The notes: generated by a model from the sequence alone, not told the origin. Shown: positions 35,055-45,265, counted from the stretch's first letter. The stretch: 59,120 bases of DNA from Deltaproteobacteria bacterium (GCA_023250515.1 JAHFAO010000001.1:1-59120), one strand, 5' to 3'. Translations and numbers: made by a program.

Positions 35055-36146
35055 CTAGGATGCCCTCTGAAAAGAGCAGCGACCGTTTGACGCCCTTGCC
35101 TTTAGCACGCCTTCGTAGACTCGCTCATACTGCTCAGCCACATTTTCCCACGAGTAGTCCTGCGCACGATCAATCCCCAGTTGGCTGAATTTCTCGCGCA
35201 GCGTAGGATCGGTGAGCAGCCTGCATAGCGTCTCTCCGAGCTGTTCGTCTGATACAATCAAGCCGAATCGCCCGTTTTCTAAAGTCTCTCGCGCCCCTGG
35301 ATTTGACGTGGCGACAACGGGAGTGCCGGCAGCCATCGCTTCAACATAGGGGCGTCCAAAACCTTCATAGGAACTGGGGAGACAGAATACCCAGGCCTGT
35401 GCGTACAATTTTGCAAGCTGTTCGGATGGGACAATGCCAAACCATCGCACGCCTTCCCCCTCTGCCTTGTCAGGGCAAACAAGCCATAGCTCGGCTTTGG
35501 GAACATTCGGCTTGACCTCGTTATGAAAAACCTCCAGCAGGAACTTGCCACGTTTCCGACTGCGCAAATCCCCCACAAAGAGAATTACCGGATGAGCGGC
35601 CTTCCCTGTTGTCACGCGTGAAAACTGTCCAACATCGACCCCATTCGGAATCACTCCGTGAACTTTAGGATAGTAGCGACTGGTATCTCTTGAGACGACA
35701 ATAACGACGTCGGCGCGGAGATCTGCAATCAGCTCACACCCATAAAAGTACAGGTGCATAAAGAAACGCTTTGCTAAACGCTGGCGCCAGCCATTGTGAA
35801 TAGCCTCGGCAAGGGCTGATCCATGCATGGTGCGAACGACCGGAGGCGCCGTTCTTGGAATCAGGTGTTCGTCGCCTTGGGCGTGGATAATATCGAACGC
35901 CGAGAAATCCTGTCTGGCCACTTGAAATGGGAATGTCCAAGGACAGGATGGATAGCCCATGATGGGACGAGTTAATGGAAGGGGGCTTACCTGGTACGAA
36001 GCGTTCTGGGGCGCAGGGTCCTGGCTAAATACGGTGACGCTATGGCCACGTTGTTGCAGGGCGTTGCAAAGCCCATGGGTGAAATATCCTACTCCCCCGC
36101 GTGATCGGCTCGGGAGGAAGCGCTGGACGACTGCGATCCTAAGCAT
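35055..36146 (-). CDS. glycosyltransferase family 4 (GT-B)
   Basis: MLRIAVVQRF...GGVGYF..., EGFGRPYVEAMAAGTPVVATSNPGARE. Start set at Met14. Confidence 0.85.
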   Translation of the reverse strand: MLRIAVVQRFLPSRSRGGVGYFTHGLCNALQQRGHSVTVFSQDPAPQNASYQVSPLPLTRPIMGYPSCPWTFPFQVARQDFSAFDIIHAQGDEHLIPRTAPPVVRTMHGSALAEAIHNGWRQRLAKRFFMHLYFYGCELIADLRADVVIVVSRDTSRYYPKVHGVIPNGVDVGQFSRVTTGKAAHPVILFVGDLRSRKRGKFLLEVFHNEVKPNVPKAELWLVCPDKAEGEGVRWFGIVPSEQLAKLYAQAWVFCLPSSYEGFGRPYVEAMAAGTPVVATSNPGARETLENGRFGLIVSDEQLGETLCRLLTDPTLREKFSQLGIDRAQDYSWENVAEQYERVYEGVLKARASNGRCSFQRAS

Positions 36147-37209
36147 CCGCGATCTGTCGATAGATCGCCAGCACTTCTCTGGCACTCTTATCCCAACGGT
36201 AGCGTTGCGCCTGTTGGAGTCCCTTAGCCCGGTAAGCGTCGCGCAAGGTGCTGTCTGTTAGGAGCGCAGCCACATGCATGGCCATTTGCTGATGATCTTC
36301 TGGATCAGTAAGGATGGCTGCATCGCCTAAAATTTCCGGCAACGAGCCGCGATCAGAAGATACAACAGGTGTCCCACAGGCCATAGCTTCAAGGGGGGGC
36401 CACCCGAACCCGGCGTAGAGCACAGGATATAGAAGCACGTCTGCACAATTATAAATAGCAGGAAGATGACGAAACGGCATCTTGCCGAGATGAAGAACGT
36501 TCTTCCTCAGGCCAAGCTTATCGAGAAGCCTCTCCTGGTCAGCGGTAAAGGGATCTCCAACCTTAATTAGCTGAACATCGATGCTGTAATGCCTCACGAG
36601 ACAATCCAGCACCAGGAAGACCCTCTCCAGGTTTGTGTAGTTGAGGGCATGGCCAATGTGGAGGATATACTTGCCGGGAAGATGGTAGCGTCTTTTCAAG
36701 GCGTCGCGATTCTGGACCATATGAAACGCAGGATCGATGCCCAAATAAATCACCTTCACCCTTTCCTCCGGGTAGTCAACAAGATTCAGAAAATCCTGAC
36801 GGGAGGTCCAGGAGTCGGCTATGACCATGGCTGCCTTGCGCATGGCTGTCAGACTGTATCGGAGCGAAAGGCGTGTACTGAATGCCACCCCTTTGACCTT
36901 CGTAACCGTGGAGTCATGAAAAGTGACGACAGTCCTATGCACCGGCAAGCTGAGCAGCAGGTGACCGTACCCATGGTCTATAACATGGTTCACATCACCA
37001 GCAGAGGTTTTAGTAAACCGCTGGTACCTGATGTATTGGTCCCAATATCGGGCGACTCTTGGCTGCAGACGGATATTGGCCGGCAGACAATCGACGATCT
37101 CCTCGTGCTCCTGGAGCAATGGTCGAATTCCGTTGAGAAGCTGATCGGCATAGATCTGCATGCTCTTTCTGAACGGATCAGGAAAAGCACGAAAAAGAGA
37201 AACTCTCAT
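36139..37209 (-). CDS. glycosyltransferase family 4 (GT-B)
   Basis: C-terminal AGFGWPPLEAMACGTPVVSSDRGSLPE motif. Confidence 0.8.
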   Translation of the reverse strand: MRVSLFRAFPDPFRKSMQIYADQLLNGIRPLLQEHEEIVDCLPANIRLQPRVARYWDQYIRYQRFTKTSAGDVNHVIDHGYGHLLLSLPVHRTVVTFHDSTVTKVKGVAFSTRLSLRYSLTAMRKAAMVIADSWTSRQDFLNLVDYPEERVKVIYLGIDPAFHMVQNRDALKRRYHLPGKYILHIGHALNYTNLERVFLVLDCLVRHYSIDVQLIKVGDPFTADQERLLDKLGLRKNVLHLGKMPFRHLPAIYNCADVLLYPVLYAGFGWPPLEAMACGTPVVSSDRGSLPEILGDAAILTDPEDHQQMAMHVAALLTDSTLRDAYRAKGLQQAQRYRWDKSAREVLAIYRQIADA

Positions 37210-37218
37210 GGTGAGTCG

Positions 37219-37983
37219 TCAGCCGGAGAATCTCAGCGAGAGGGTTGGTTCCTGCAACGCTGGTGGCCGCAGTTTGCTGGTCCTTCGGCGGACAGCCCGC
37301 GCAGGGTTCCCAACGACTACGGTGTAGGGGGAGACATCCTTTGTGACCACAGAGCCGGCGCCGATAACAGCTCCTCTGCAGATTCGCAGGCCATCAAGGA
37401 TGATCACCCGATTCCCGATCCAGACATCGTCTTCGATAACGATCCCCTTCCGGGTCACTCCCTGTTCGTTGATCAGCAGATCAGCGTTAGCGAAGTTATG
37501 ATTTTCCGCCAAGAGATCGACCGCAGCGCCGATCGTCACATTGCAGCCTATCTTGATGCCACCCCCAGCGCCAATCGTACATCGAGGGCCGATGTAGGTG
37601 TTGTCACTAATTACCAATCCCTTGCCCAAACTCGCCAGCGAGCTTGTCGCTTGAATCCAGACATGCTCGCGTATGCGGACGTTGTCGCCAAGCCAAAGCC
37701 CCTCGCGCGAAAGACCGTTGATGGTGGTGTAGTCGCCTATATAGACATTTCGCCCGAGAGAAATATAGCGGGGATACAGAATCTCCACGTTCTTCCCGAT
37801 AAACAGACGTCCGCCACATCGCTTGAAGCGGCGCCGCAGAAGGATACCGCGTAGCCACGACCACCCTCCTCGCTTCCAAAGGTACTGGACAACTTCGGCG
37901 AGACTCGCCTCGATCTCTTGCGGCGGCACCTGCATTCCGCGTCCTAACGCAAGCTGGTAGATTCTCGTCTTGAGCTTGTTCAT
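37219..37983 (-). CDS. hexapeptide-repeat acyl/acetyltransferase
   Basis: Left-handed beta-helix repeats (IGDYTTING..., IGPRCTIGAGGGIKIGCNVTIGAAV..., IGNRVIILDG..IGAGSVV). Confidence 0.85.
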   Translation of the reverse strand: MNKLKTRIYQLALGRGMQVPPQEIEASLAEVVQYLWKRGGWSWLRGILLRRRFKRCGGRLFIGKNVEILYPRYISLGRNVYIGDYTTINGLSREGLWLGDNVRIREHVWIQATSSLASLGKGLVISDNTYIGPRCTIGAGGGIKIGCNVTIGAAVDLLAENHNFANADLLINEQGVTRKGIVIEDDVWIGNRVIILDGLRICRGAVIGAGSVVTKDVSPYTVVVGNPARAVRRRTSKLRPPALQEPTLSLRFSG

Positions 37984-39152
37984 GAAATGTTCGAGGCGCG
38001 AAGAGCCAGAGGATGCTTAACAAGGTTCCGATACAGGTTTTCGACCTGTTCCTTCATTTTCGAGATGCTGAAAAACTGCTCGGCCCGATCCTGTGCAGCC
38101 TTGCCCATTTTCACCCGAAGATCCTGCTCTTTAAGAAGCCGTACCATCGCCTGTGCCAGCGCTTCAGGATCATCTGGAGGAACCAGGAGGCCTGTCATTT
38201 TGTCCTGCACAATCTCCATCGGTCCACCGTCACCTGGCGCAATCACGGGCTTGCCGAGTGCCATGGCCTCAAGGACGACCACTGGAAAAGGATCGGGGCG
38301 GATGGATGAATGGACAATCACGTCGGCCGCTGCCATAAGACGCCGCGTGTCTCGTACATGACCGGTGAAGCGAAGAGAGTCATTCAGATTCAGTGTCTTT
38401 GCCAGAGCATGCAACTCGCCTTCGTAAGCACCATCCAGCCCAAAAAGAGTGCCTCCTACAACGAGGAAACGTGTGGAGGGGATCTGTTGCCTTACTAAGG
38501 CTGCCGCTTTAAGAAAGACGTGCGCGCCCTTCCAACGTTGTAGCCTTCCGCACCACGCAAAAACCGGAGAGTGAGCAGGCCACCCACACTCCTCAAATTT
38601 TATATTTTGGATTTTGGATTTTGGATTTTCTATTTCGGGAAGATCTACAGCATTATGAATGACATGTATCTCCCTGTTCGACCACCAGGCTTTTTGAAAA
38701 CGCCTTGCCACATAGTGGGAAACTGCGATCGTTACCGCAGACAGAATGAGAAAAGCGAGTAGATGGACTAACCCCTGCCTGGTCCACGACCACTCGAGCA
38801 CATCATGAAGATGATAAATGCTCGGCACGCCGCATAACCAGGCTGCTGGGCTACCATAGAGATGTGCTGCTGTGCCGTTGCAATGGACCAGACGAATATT
38901 GGAACTCAGGATGATATGTCGTAGTTGCTGGATTACCTGCCAGGCTTGACCCAGGTTTCTGAAACGTCCTGCTAAAATGACTTCAACGGGAACGTTAGCT
39001 TGCTCTCTAAGTTCTGCCACGAAGTTCCCATCCCGGAGGCAAACGACAGTCGGTTCAAACTGGCTTCGGTCAAGATGTCGGAGGAGATTGAGCAGGACGA
39101 CTTCAGCCCCACCCCGCTCTCCTGTGGGGGTGATGTAAAGGATCCGGATCAT
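37980..39152 (-). CDS. glycosyltransferase family 4 (GT-B)
   Basis: MIRILYITPTGERGGAEV..., DPFPVVVLEAMALGKPVIAPGDGGPME. The ATG at 39152 overlaps the upstream stop as ATGA. Confidence 0.85.
   Translation of the reverse strand: MIRILYITPTGERGGAEVVLLNLLRHLDRSQFEPTVVCLRDGNFVAELREQANVPVEVILAGRFRNLGQAWQVIQQLRHIILSSNIRLVHCNGTAAHLYGSPAAWLCGVPSIYHLHDVLEWSWTRQGLVHLLAFLILSAVTIAVSHYVARRFQKAWWSNREIHVIHNAVDLPEIENPKSKIQNIKFEECGWPAHSPVFAWCGRLQRWKGAHVFLKAAALVRQQIPSTRFLVVGGTLFGLDGAYEGELHALAKTLNLNDSLRFTGHVRDTRRLMAAADVIVHSSIRPDPFPVVVLEAMALGKPVIAPGDGGPMEIVQDKMTGLLVPPDDPEALAQAMVRLLKEQDLRVKMGKAAQDRAEQFFSISKMKEQVENLYRNLVKHPLALRASNIS
38597..38638. repeat. intragenic tandem heptamer array (6 x 7 bp) in a GT4 gene
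   Basis: attttat attttgg attttgg attttgg attttct atttcgg. Encodes ...PEIENPKSKIQNIKFE... on the minus strand. Confidence 0.85.
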
Positions 39153-40507
39153 CGAATTTGTGGTTTCCACACAAGCGGGCTTGGCGAATAGCCAGTCCAC
39201 CGGATCACCTCTACTGGCTGGCCTCCGTTCTCAACAGGCATCCTCCTTAGGCGTTCCAGATCAGCCAGCTTGAATAAAACGCCAATCGAAAACCAGAAAT
39301 AGAAATTGGTGGGCGCGTGGTCAATCGCCGTGCTAATAGGAAGGATCAGGATCGTCAACAGGACATAGACAGCCAGCGAATACCAGAATATCATGATTGG
39401 CCGCCCTTGAATTTCTCTTCGAACTCGGAGAACAAGTGCCCCGATTGCAATAGTCATCCAGACAAAGGCGCCTAGGCCCAGCAGACCGGTTTCCACAGCG
39501 AGGATACCCAAGTAACTTTCCACCAACTGAACTTCCGTAGATTCGGATACGTGTCTAGCGCCTATCGTGGCGACTCCCAATCCCGATCCGAAGGGGTTTT
39601 CGAGAAGTGCAGGGAAAAAGAGCTGACCGAAGTACGTCGTCTGGAAACGCTCCGCATAACCATAAATGAGGACGGAGGCCAATCGGTCCTTCACCCCAGG
39701 TCCCAGGAAGGCGAAGCCAAACGCCAGGATGACGTACCCGATGAGTCCCCACGCGACGATCCGTTTGAGGTTTCGGGATAACAAAAGCACGAATGCCACA
39801 GAGGCGCTCAGCAATAAAAGTGAGGCTCGGCCTCCAGATATAAGCATGGCTAAAACAATGAGCGTCATCGAGACCGCCGTGACGCTCTTCCAGCGCTTTG
39901 AAAGCGATCCTGTCACTAGCACTGCAGTAGCTATGAGGCCGCTGAACAGGAGATAGGCACCATACTGGCCGGGGGAGGTAAACGTCCCTGGTACCCGCCA
40001 ATATTGCTGGACTGATTCGTCATAACGCGGTGTCCACAGCACTGCAGAATAGGTCGCGCCTAGCTCCCTCAGTCCCTCCGGTCCTCTAAAGTAGAGGTAA
40101 ATCCCAAAGGCGGCGACACCGATTGCATAGAGCATAAGGGCCAAAAAGAGTTGCTTCACATCATCATCAGACCGGACAAAGAGATAGCCGATGCTGATTA
40201 GGGGGATGTAGAAGAGCTTCTGCTTGAGGGCGAACAGCTCTGCAAGCAGGCCTATTCCAGGCAGGGCTAGATAGGCTCCGACAATGAGTGAAAAAAAGAG
40301 CAGGGGAGGGGTCAGCTTTTTTAGAGTAGGTGAAGGAGCAAAAAGTCTACCTAAATTTGGTAGAAACACAAGAGCGTAAACTGCGAGGATGGCGAAGTCC
40401 TTGTAAAGGTAAGAAAGCTTGGACGGATACCCAATGTTGATCACCAGCCCCTCGATAGAGGTGTAGAAGAAGATGAAGTGGACCAAACACCGGGCTCCTT
40501 TATTCAC
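39149..40507 (-). CDS. O-antigen ligase/polymerase family membrane protein (Wzy_C-like)
   Basis: More than 10 TM helices. The loop motif ...VESYLGILAVETGLLGLGAF resembles the Wzy_C domain. Confidence 0.7.
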   Translation of the reverse strand: MNKGARCLVHFIFFYTSIEGLVINIGYPSKLSYLYKDFAILAVYALVFLPNLGRLFAPSPTLKKLTPPLLFFSLIVGAYLALPGIGLLAELFALKQKLFYIPLISIGYLFVRSDDDVKQLFLALMLYAIGVAAFGIYLYFRGPEGLRELGATYSAVLWTPRYDESVQQYWRVPGTFTSPGQYGAYLLFSGLIATAVLVTGSLSKRWKSVTAVSMTLIVLAMLISGGRASLLLLSASVAFVLLLSRNLKRIVAWGLIGYVILAFGFAFLGPGVKDRLASVLIYGYAERFQTTYFGQLFFPALLENPFGSGLGVATIGARHVSESTEVQLVESYLGILAVETGLLGLGAFVWMTIAIGALVLRVRREIQGRPIMIFWYSLAVYVLLTILILPISTAIDHAPTNFYFWFSIGVLFKLADLERLRRMPVENGGQPVEVIRWTGYSPSPLVWKPQIR

Positions 40508-40572
40508 GCCTCCTCCCTGACCTGCACCTGTTGCGTAAGCGTAGAAGCATCAGCAGTGAAGTTTGCCATTGT

Positions 40573-42072
40573 TCATCTTTGCGGCTGATAATCCTTCGAC
40601 TCGATCAAGTCTTCTTGCTCCAGCTCACGCACCACCTGCCCACGGCCTGTCAGGTAACGAAGGATCAAGTCTGGTCCTCGCTGGGGCACCAACGTTACCT
40701 GGTTGCGGGCCACCACGGCGAAATCCACCGGCCCCCGATTGGGCACCAAGTTTGTCCCCCACTGAAAGATGAAGCCGATGTTCCACAGGCTGAGCACAGC
40801 CAGGAACCCGGAAGGCAAGAGGCGGTAAGCGGCAGGCAGCAGCCCGGAGACTTTGCCTTCTGCTTGACGAAGGACTCGTGATAAAAAAGTCTGACTTTCC
40901 TCAAAGAAGATGGCCAAGCCCAAGACGAACACAGGTGTAAAGGAAACAAAGAAGCGGCTCCCAAAGGCCGACTGGCCATGCCAGTTCTGGTAACTGGCCA
41001 CAGTGTAATAGAATGTCACAAAGGTCACCATCAAGATGCTGGCTAAAGAACGGTCGCGGCGCCATAGCAACACCAGGCCGACGACCGAAAACAGCAACAC
41101 CGGCGTCCAGAGGAACATCCCGTGTTCTGAGGCAAAAGCCACCTGCCAAAGCCTGGGAGAATCCCAAAAGAATCGGTCTTCATAGCCAGAGCTCCGGGGT
41201 GAACCGTGGACAATCCACTTCGTAACGAAGTTAGGTACCAATGCCACCATCAGTGCCACAAAAAAAACCGCACCCTCTATCAGTACATTAACTCGGCGTC
41301 CTGAGGTCGTGCTATCCAGAACCCCAGTCTGTCGGCTCCACACCGACTCCAAGAGTGGAATCAGCAGAAGGACAGCATTTAGGTAATAGACACCTACCAT
41401 GAACCCGCCCAGTAACCCCCACAGCCCCCATTGCTTAAGAGTCCTCATGGGTTGTGTTCGCAGCCAGTACCAGAGGAAAAGAGAGACTGAAAAGGCAGCC
41501 AGGGCGTGAACGTGAAAGGGCAGAAAGTACATATACACCGGCAGCGACGAGGCGAACCAGATTCCCATGGTAGCGACCATCGCCGTCAGCGGGCTGGTCA
41601 ACCGTTTCGCCACGTGGTAAGCCAGGAACAACCCAATGAAAGCGTAAAGGGCTGTCCCCAAAGCACAGAGCCACCGATACGGCAATGAGTACCCATCGGC
41701 CGGAATGTTCAACCCCAGCCCATTGAGGATCAATACCAGGCCATGCGCTGCCAGGAAGAAAGGTGTCCACAGCAGTGACGATCCCACTGCCCATTGGTTG
41801 CGCACATAATTGTAAGGCATCGTTAGATTGGGCCTCACATGCCCCTCAGCGTCGAAAGCCATCATAAGAAAAGCCGGATCTCCGTGCCGATATTCGTTCT
41901 CGAAATGCAGATCCCTGTCTATCACCAAAGAGCGTACATAAGCGTAATACCCATTGCCGTCACCCCGAATATATGGATTCACAAAAGGTACGGTCAGGAT
42001 AAACGCTAATACCAAAAACCACTCATTCCACCCTAACCGATGCAAACGGTTCAGCATCCCCTTGGGTAACAC
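40573..42072 (-). CDS. polytopic membrane protein, possible GT-C-type glycosyltransferase
   Basis: 499 aa with more than 10 TM helices. An N-terminal loop has RGDGNGYYAY...DRD acidic residues, as in the first loop of GT-C enzymes. No firm family assignment. Confidence 0.4.
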   Translation of the reverse strand: MLPKGMLNRLHRLGWNEWFLVLAFILTVPFVNPYIRGDGNGYYAYVRSLVIDRDLHFENEYRHGDPAFLMMAFDAEGHVRPNLTMPYNYVRNQWAVGSSLLWTPFFLAAHGLVLILNGLGLNIPADGYSLPYRWLCALGTALYAFIGLFLAYHVAKRLTSPLTAMVATMGIWFASSLPVYMYFLPFHVHALAAFSVSLFLWYWLRTQPMRTLKQWGLWGLLGGFMVGVYYLNAVLLLIPLLESVWSRQTGVLDSTTSGRRVNVLIEGAVFFVALMVALVPNFVTKWIVHGSPRSSGYEDRFFWDSPRLWQVAFASEHGMFLWTPVLLFSVVGLVLLWRRDRSLASILMVTFVTFYYTVASYQNWHGQSAFGSRFFVSFTPVFVLGLAIFFEESQTFLSRVLRQAEGKVSGLLPAAYRLLPSGFLAVLSLWNIGFIFQWGTNLVPNRGPVDFAVVARNQVTLVPQRGPDLILRYLTGRGQVVRELEQEDLIESKDYQPQR

Positions 42073-42252
42073 ACTATAGTCACACTTTAAGTCTAACCTT
42101 CATGCTCGTTTGCCGATTGTTGACTGCTTATCTCTGAACGCCCAACACAAAAATCATTCCACTGAGGAAGGTCTTCGGAGAACTCTGCAAACGAACGGAG
42201 GAAATCTATAGTCAATCCGTAGCGGCAATCTCCACCAACGATCTAGTGAGCA

Positions 42253-43080
42253 CTACTTGCGAGCCACGGCCCACAGGTGGTAGCTCAACAATGGCCAGAG
42301 CCCTAACAGGCTAATTAATTTTTTCAGTGCACCTTTAGGATTGACCGGGCCATAAAAAGCTTTCACTTGATTTGGTTGAAAAGATCCACACAGATAGGAC
42401 TTGAGCGAAGACTGAGATTGAATGTTGACGTGACCAAGTGCTGCTTCCTCTCGAGATGTTAGCGTCAACCAAGGCCTGCCCTGCAAAGCAAAATAATATT
42501 TAGCGATATATTGGCCACAGAGTTTGTAGTTAACAGTAGGTGCCGTATGAATCAGCAGGTGGCCTCCCGGTTTTAAGACCCTATGGGCTTCAGCAATCGC
42601 CTTCCGAAGATTGGCATCGGATAGATGCTCCACCATATCAGCCATATAAACAACGTCAAAGACAGCATCATCAAACTTCAGGTCTGTAGCACTCATTCTC
42701 TTAAACACGTTTTGACCTTGTGTCACTTGACTTGCAGACTTTCCTTTGCAAATATCAATGGAGTCCTGAGAAACATCAACTCCAACGACATATTGCAAGC
42801 CCAGTCGAGCAAGTGTCATGACCATCTCTCCATTGCCACAGCCAATATCCAAAACATGATAACCTAGTTGTAAAGGGCGTAAGCTCAGCATGTACCGTGT
42901 CTTATCTTTTAGCTGTTGTGGGTCGAGGTTCTCATAACCCCCCTTATTATAAATCCCAACAGAAGGCTCCGGATAGACACGCCGAATATTGTCCTTGTAG
43001 CTTCTAACAATTTCTGCAAAGATGCCTAGCATCCTTTTCAACCTCAGTCTCTGAAGGCTTATGTTCTCAGAAGCTGCCAA
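42253..43080 (-). CDS. class I SAM-dependent methyltransferase
   Basis: Motif I VLDIGCGNGEM, followed by DVVYMADMVEH. The start may be Met17, at 43032. Confidence 0.8.
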   Translation of the reverse strand: MAASENISLQRLRLKRMLGIFAEIVRSYKDNIRRVYPEPSVGIYNKGGYENLDPQQLKDKTRYMLSLRPLQLGYHVLDIGCGNGEMVMTLARLGLQYVVGVDVSQDSIDICKGKSASQVTQGQNVFKRMSATDLKFDDAVFDVVYMADMVEHLSDANLRKAIAEAHRVLKPGGHLLIHTAPTVNYKLCGQYIAKYYFALQGRPWLTLTSREEAALGHVNIQSQSSLKSYLCGSFQPNQVKAFYGPVNPKGALKKLISLLGLWPLLSYHLWAVARK

Positions 43081-44249
43081 TATTCGTCAGCAATCCGTTC
43101 CCAGGTAAAGAACCTTGTGAAAAGGTCTCGAGCCGCTCGTCTCATCAATTTGCGTAGCGGCTCATCATGGAACAACAGATCGACGTTCTTTACAAAGGTT
43201 TCCGCATCTCCACATTGGCTGAGAAGAAAGGCATGAGCTGCCCGCAATTGGGAATCGGTACACGGTCCATCGGTTCCCACAATCGGTAGACCATGACCGA
43301 GCGCAGCTATGACAGTCGTTCGACGAGTTGAGACTCCGTCAACCAGGGGAGCCAGAAAGAGATCGCTGGCTTGAAGGAGCCAAGAGACAATCTCGGTTGG
43401 CTGCCCCTCGTACACCTCGAGGAATTCCAGCGGCAACCCACACTGGGAAAGCCATAGATCCAGAATGTCCTCTCGAGGTCGACCGATCCACTGAATCCGC
43501 ACAGGAAGACGGTTTTCCAAGACCCAAACTCCCAGCGAAGATAACAACCGACGATCCATACCAGCGGGCTGACCAAAAATAGTTAAAATGGTGGGACGTG
43601 GATGTCTCTCTGTCCGTTGTCCGTTGCCCAGTGTCCGTTGTTCTTGGTCTGTTGTTGCTTCCCCCTTCTCACTGACCACTGACAAAGGGATATTACTTCC
43701 CACAGGAATGATGGAGATTTTCTTTCTCCGGAAAAGCAAGCGACTTAATTTTCGCTGACTATGTCCATAGGTCACCACGACTTTCTCCGCTAAAGTCCCC
43801 AAGGCACCCATTAGTAAATTCAGCATCACGCGGGCGAGGATTCTACTCATCGAAAGCGACCAGGGTATGTCGTACTCATGAGCAGTAACGATCACCTTTT
43901 TCCCCTGTCGAAGTCTGGCATAAGACAGCCAGAGTAAGAGCCATCCAACGTCTCTGGTTGGGACATACATTTGAGGGACATATTGCAGCAGGACCACGTC
44001 GCTCTCAAGGAACGGGGATACGTGCCGTGATCGCCATAACTGATTCCATCCTCCTTCCGGGGAGGCTGTCTGCGAAAGGACAAGATGAGGAACCCGAGGG
44101 CCATCGGAGACTTTTTGACCACCCTTTTGAGTGGTGACAAGGAATGTCGGCAGATGAGACTGCAGATAGCGGGCCAACCAGAAGGAATAGTCCCCAACCC
44201 CATCGAATCTTCCTGGACTTGCTGGACAAATAACCAGCGCTCCTTTCAT
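43059..44249 (-). CDS. glycosyltransferase (GT-B, GT1/GT4-like)
   Basis: Two-domain GT-B length. The C-terminus has ...TRRTTVIAALGHGLPIVGTDG. Confidence 0.65.
   Translation of the reverse strand: MKGALVICPASPGRFDGVGDYSFWLARYLQSHLPTFLVTTQKGGQKVSDGPRVPHLVLSQTASPEGGWNQLWRSRHVSPFLESDVVLLQYVPQMYVPTRDVGWLLLWLSYARLRQGKKVIVTAHEYDIPWSLSMSRILARVMLNLLMGALGTLAEKVVVTYGHSQRKLSRLLFRRKKISIIPVGSNIPLSVVSEKGEATTDQEQRTLGNGQRTERHPRPTILTIFGQPAGMDRRLLSSLGVWVLENRLPVRIQWIGRPREDILDLWLSQCGLPLEFLEVYEGQPTEIVSWLLQASDLFLAPLVDGVSTRRTTVIAALGHGLPIVGTDGPCTDSQLRAAHAFLLSQCGDAETFVKNVDLLFHDEPLRKLMRRAARDLFTRFFTWERIADEYWQLLRT
43611..43645. repeat. intragenic tandem heptamer array (5 x 7 bp) in a GT gene
   Basis: tgtccgt tgtccgt tgcccag tgtccgt tgttctt. 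Encodes ...TDQEQRTLGNGQRTE... on the minus strand. Confidence 0.8.
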
Positions 44250-45265
44250 AGCTTCCGGGCCTCGAGCTTAAGGTGAATGCCTAAACCCCACCAGTCGATC
44301 AGCGCATGGAAGGGTTTCAACGTCCAGGACAACAGACGAAGCCAGGAGGTCTTTCCTTCCCAGAAGTCCGTTGGAAGCCTGGCCCAACCTTGGCGAAGGT
44401 CTCTTCGTATGCCCCAGCTCAAGATGAAAGTGTCACCCCCAATCGAGAACGTACGGACCTGGGCAGACTTGAAGCCTACCTTTTTGGCCAATAACACCAA
44501 GCTCTTCCTGGAAAAGTGGTAAAGATGCCGAGGCAACTCCCAATGAACATACGCTCGGCCAAAGAGATAGGTATAAAAACTCCGACGATTAGGGACAATA
44601 ACCAGCAGATACCCATTGGGGCGAAGGAGCTTGTACGCTCGTTGCAGGGTTTCCCTCGGGTTGGGAAGATGCTCAAGGACATCCCAAAAAGTGATGACAT
44701 CAAAGGAACCCTCAGAAAAAGGGGCCTCGTCCAGAGAGCCGCAAAAGGTGGGGGTGCCATACAACGACTGAACCGCCGCACAGGCCTTCGGTGAAACCTC
44801 TACCCCGTGAACTTCCCAACCCAATTTCTTCATCTCAGAGAGGTAAAAGCCTGAACCGCACCCGACATCTAGGAGACGCCCCCCAGGTTGCCATCGAGGG
44901 ATCGGACGGAAAGCAACTCCCAACCTCTCTCCTCGAACAGCCCTATAAATCCATAGAGTCATACCTATCCAGGGATTTATGCGGATCACGGAGGGATATC
45001 CTTGTTGTGTTAGAAAGGCCTTCTGCCAAAGATTTGAATTCGAGGCAGCCGATGGCAGCCCATTCTGGGGGAGAAAAGAGTAGTAGTCAGGAGGATAATA
45101 TTGCAAGACGTCGTTGAAAGAAGGGCGTGGACTGATGTATCCCAGGTCACATCTTGCACAGCATATCACTTTGAATTGACCGGGGAGTCCATAAAACTCA
45201 TCCCGACCTTCAAAAAGCACTTTTCCTTCGAACTCCCCACAAATCGTGCAATGGACCTCTTCCAT
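44246..45265 (-). CDS. class I SAM-dependent methyltransferase with N-terminal Cys4 zinc ribbon
   Basis: CTICG...CCARC, then LLDVGCGSGFYL and DVITFWDVLEH. Start set at the ATG at 45263-45265, with a GGGAGG 8 nt upstream. Confidence 0.8.
   Translation of the reverse strand: MEEVHCTICGEFEGKVLFEGRDEFYGLPGQFKVICCARCDLGYISPRPSFNDVLQYYPPDYYSFLPQNGLPSAASNSNLWQKAFLTQQGYPSVIRINPWIGMTLWIYRAVRGERLGVAFRPIPRWQPGGRLLDVGCGSGFYLSEMKKLGWEVHGVEVSPKACAAVQSLYGTPTFCGSLDEAPFSEGSFDVITFWDVLEHLPNPRETLQRAYKLLRPNGYLLVIVPNRRSFYTYLFGRAYVHWELPRHLYHFSRKSLVLLAKKVGFKSAQVRTFSIGGDTFILSWGIRRDLRQGWARLPTDFWEGKTSWLRLLSWTLKPFHALIDWWGLGIHLKLEARKL

Noticed and set aside
36589-37854. A 421-aa plus-strand ORF, the longest plus-strand ORF in the glycan locus.
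   Set aside because: It lies entirely antisense to two well-supported minus-strand genes, a GT4 and the hexapeptide acetyltransferase. Its product is low-complexity with no recognisable motif. It is a typical shadow ORF in GC-rich coding DNA.
42073-42252. A small-ORF or promoter search in the 180-bp gap of the glycan locus, which contains the 8-mer gactatag twice.
   Set aside because: No ORF with an RBS and no convincing -35/-10 pair was found. The 8-bp repeat is too short to interpret.
32344-43645. The heptamer arrays as a possible CRISPR or other spacer-containing array.
   Set aside because: The units are only 7 bp and contiguous with no spacers. They sit inside coding sequences, and no cas genes are present.
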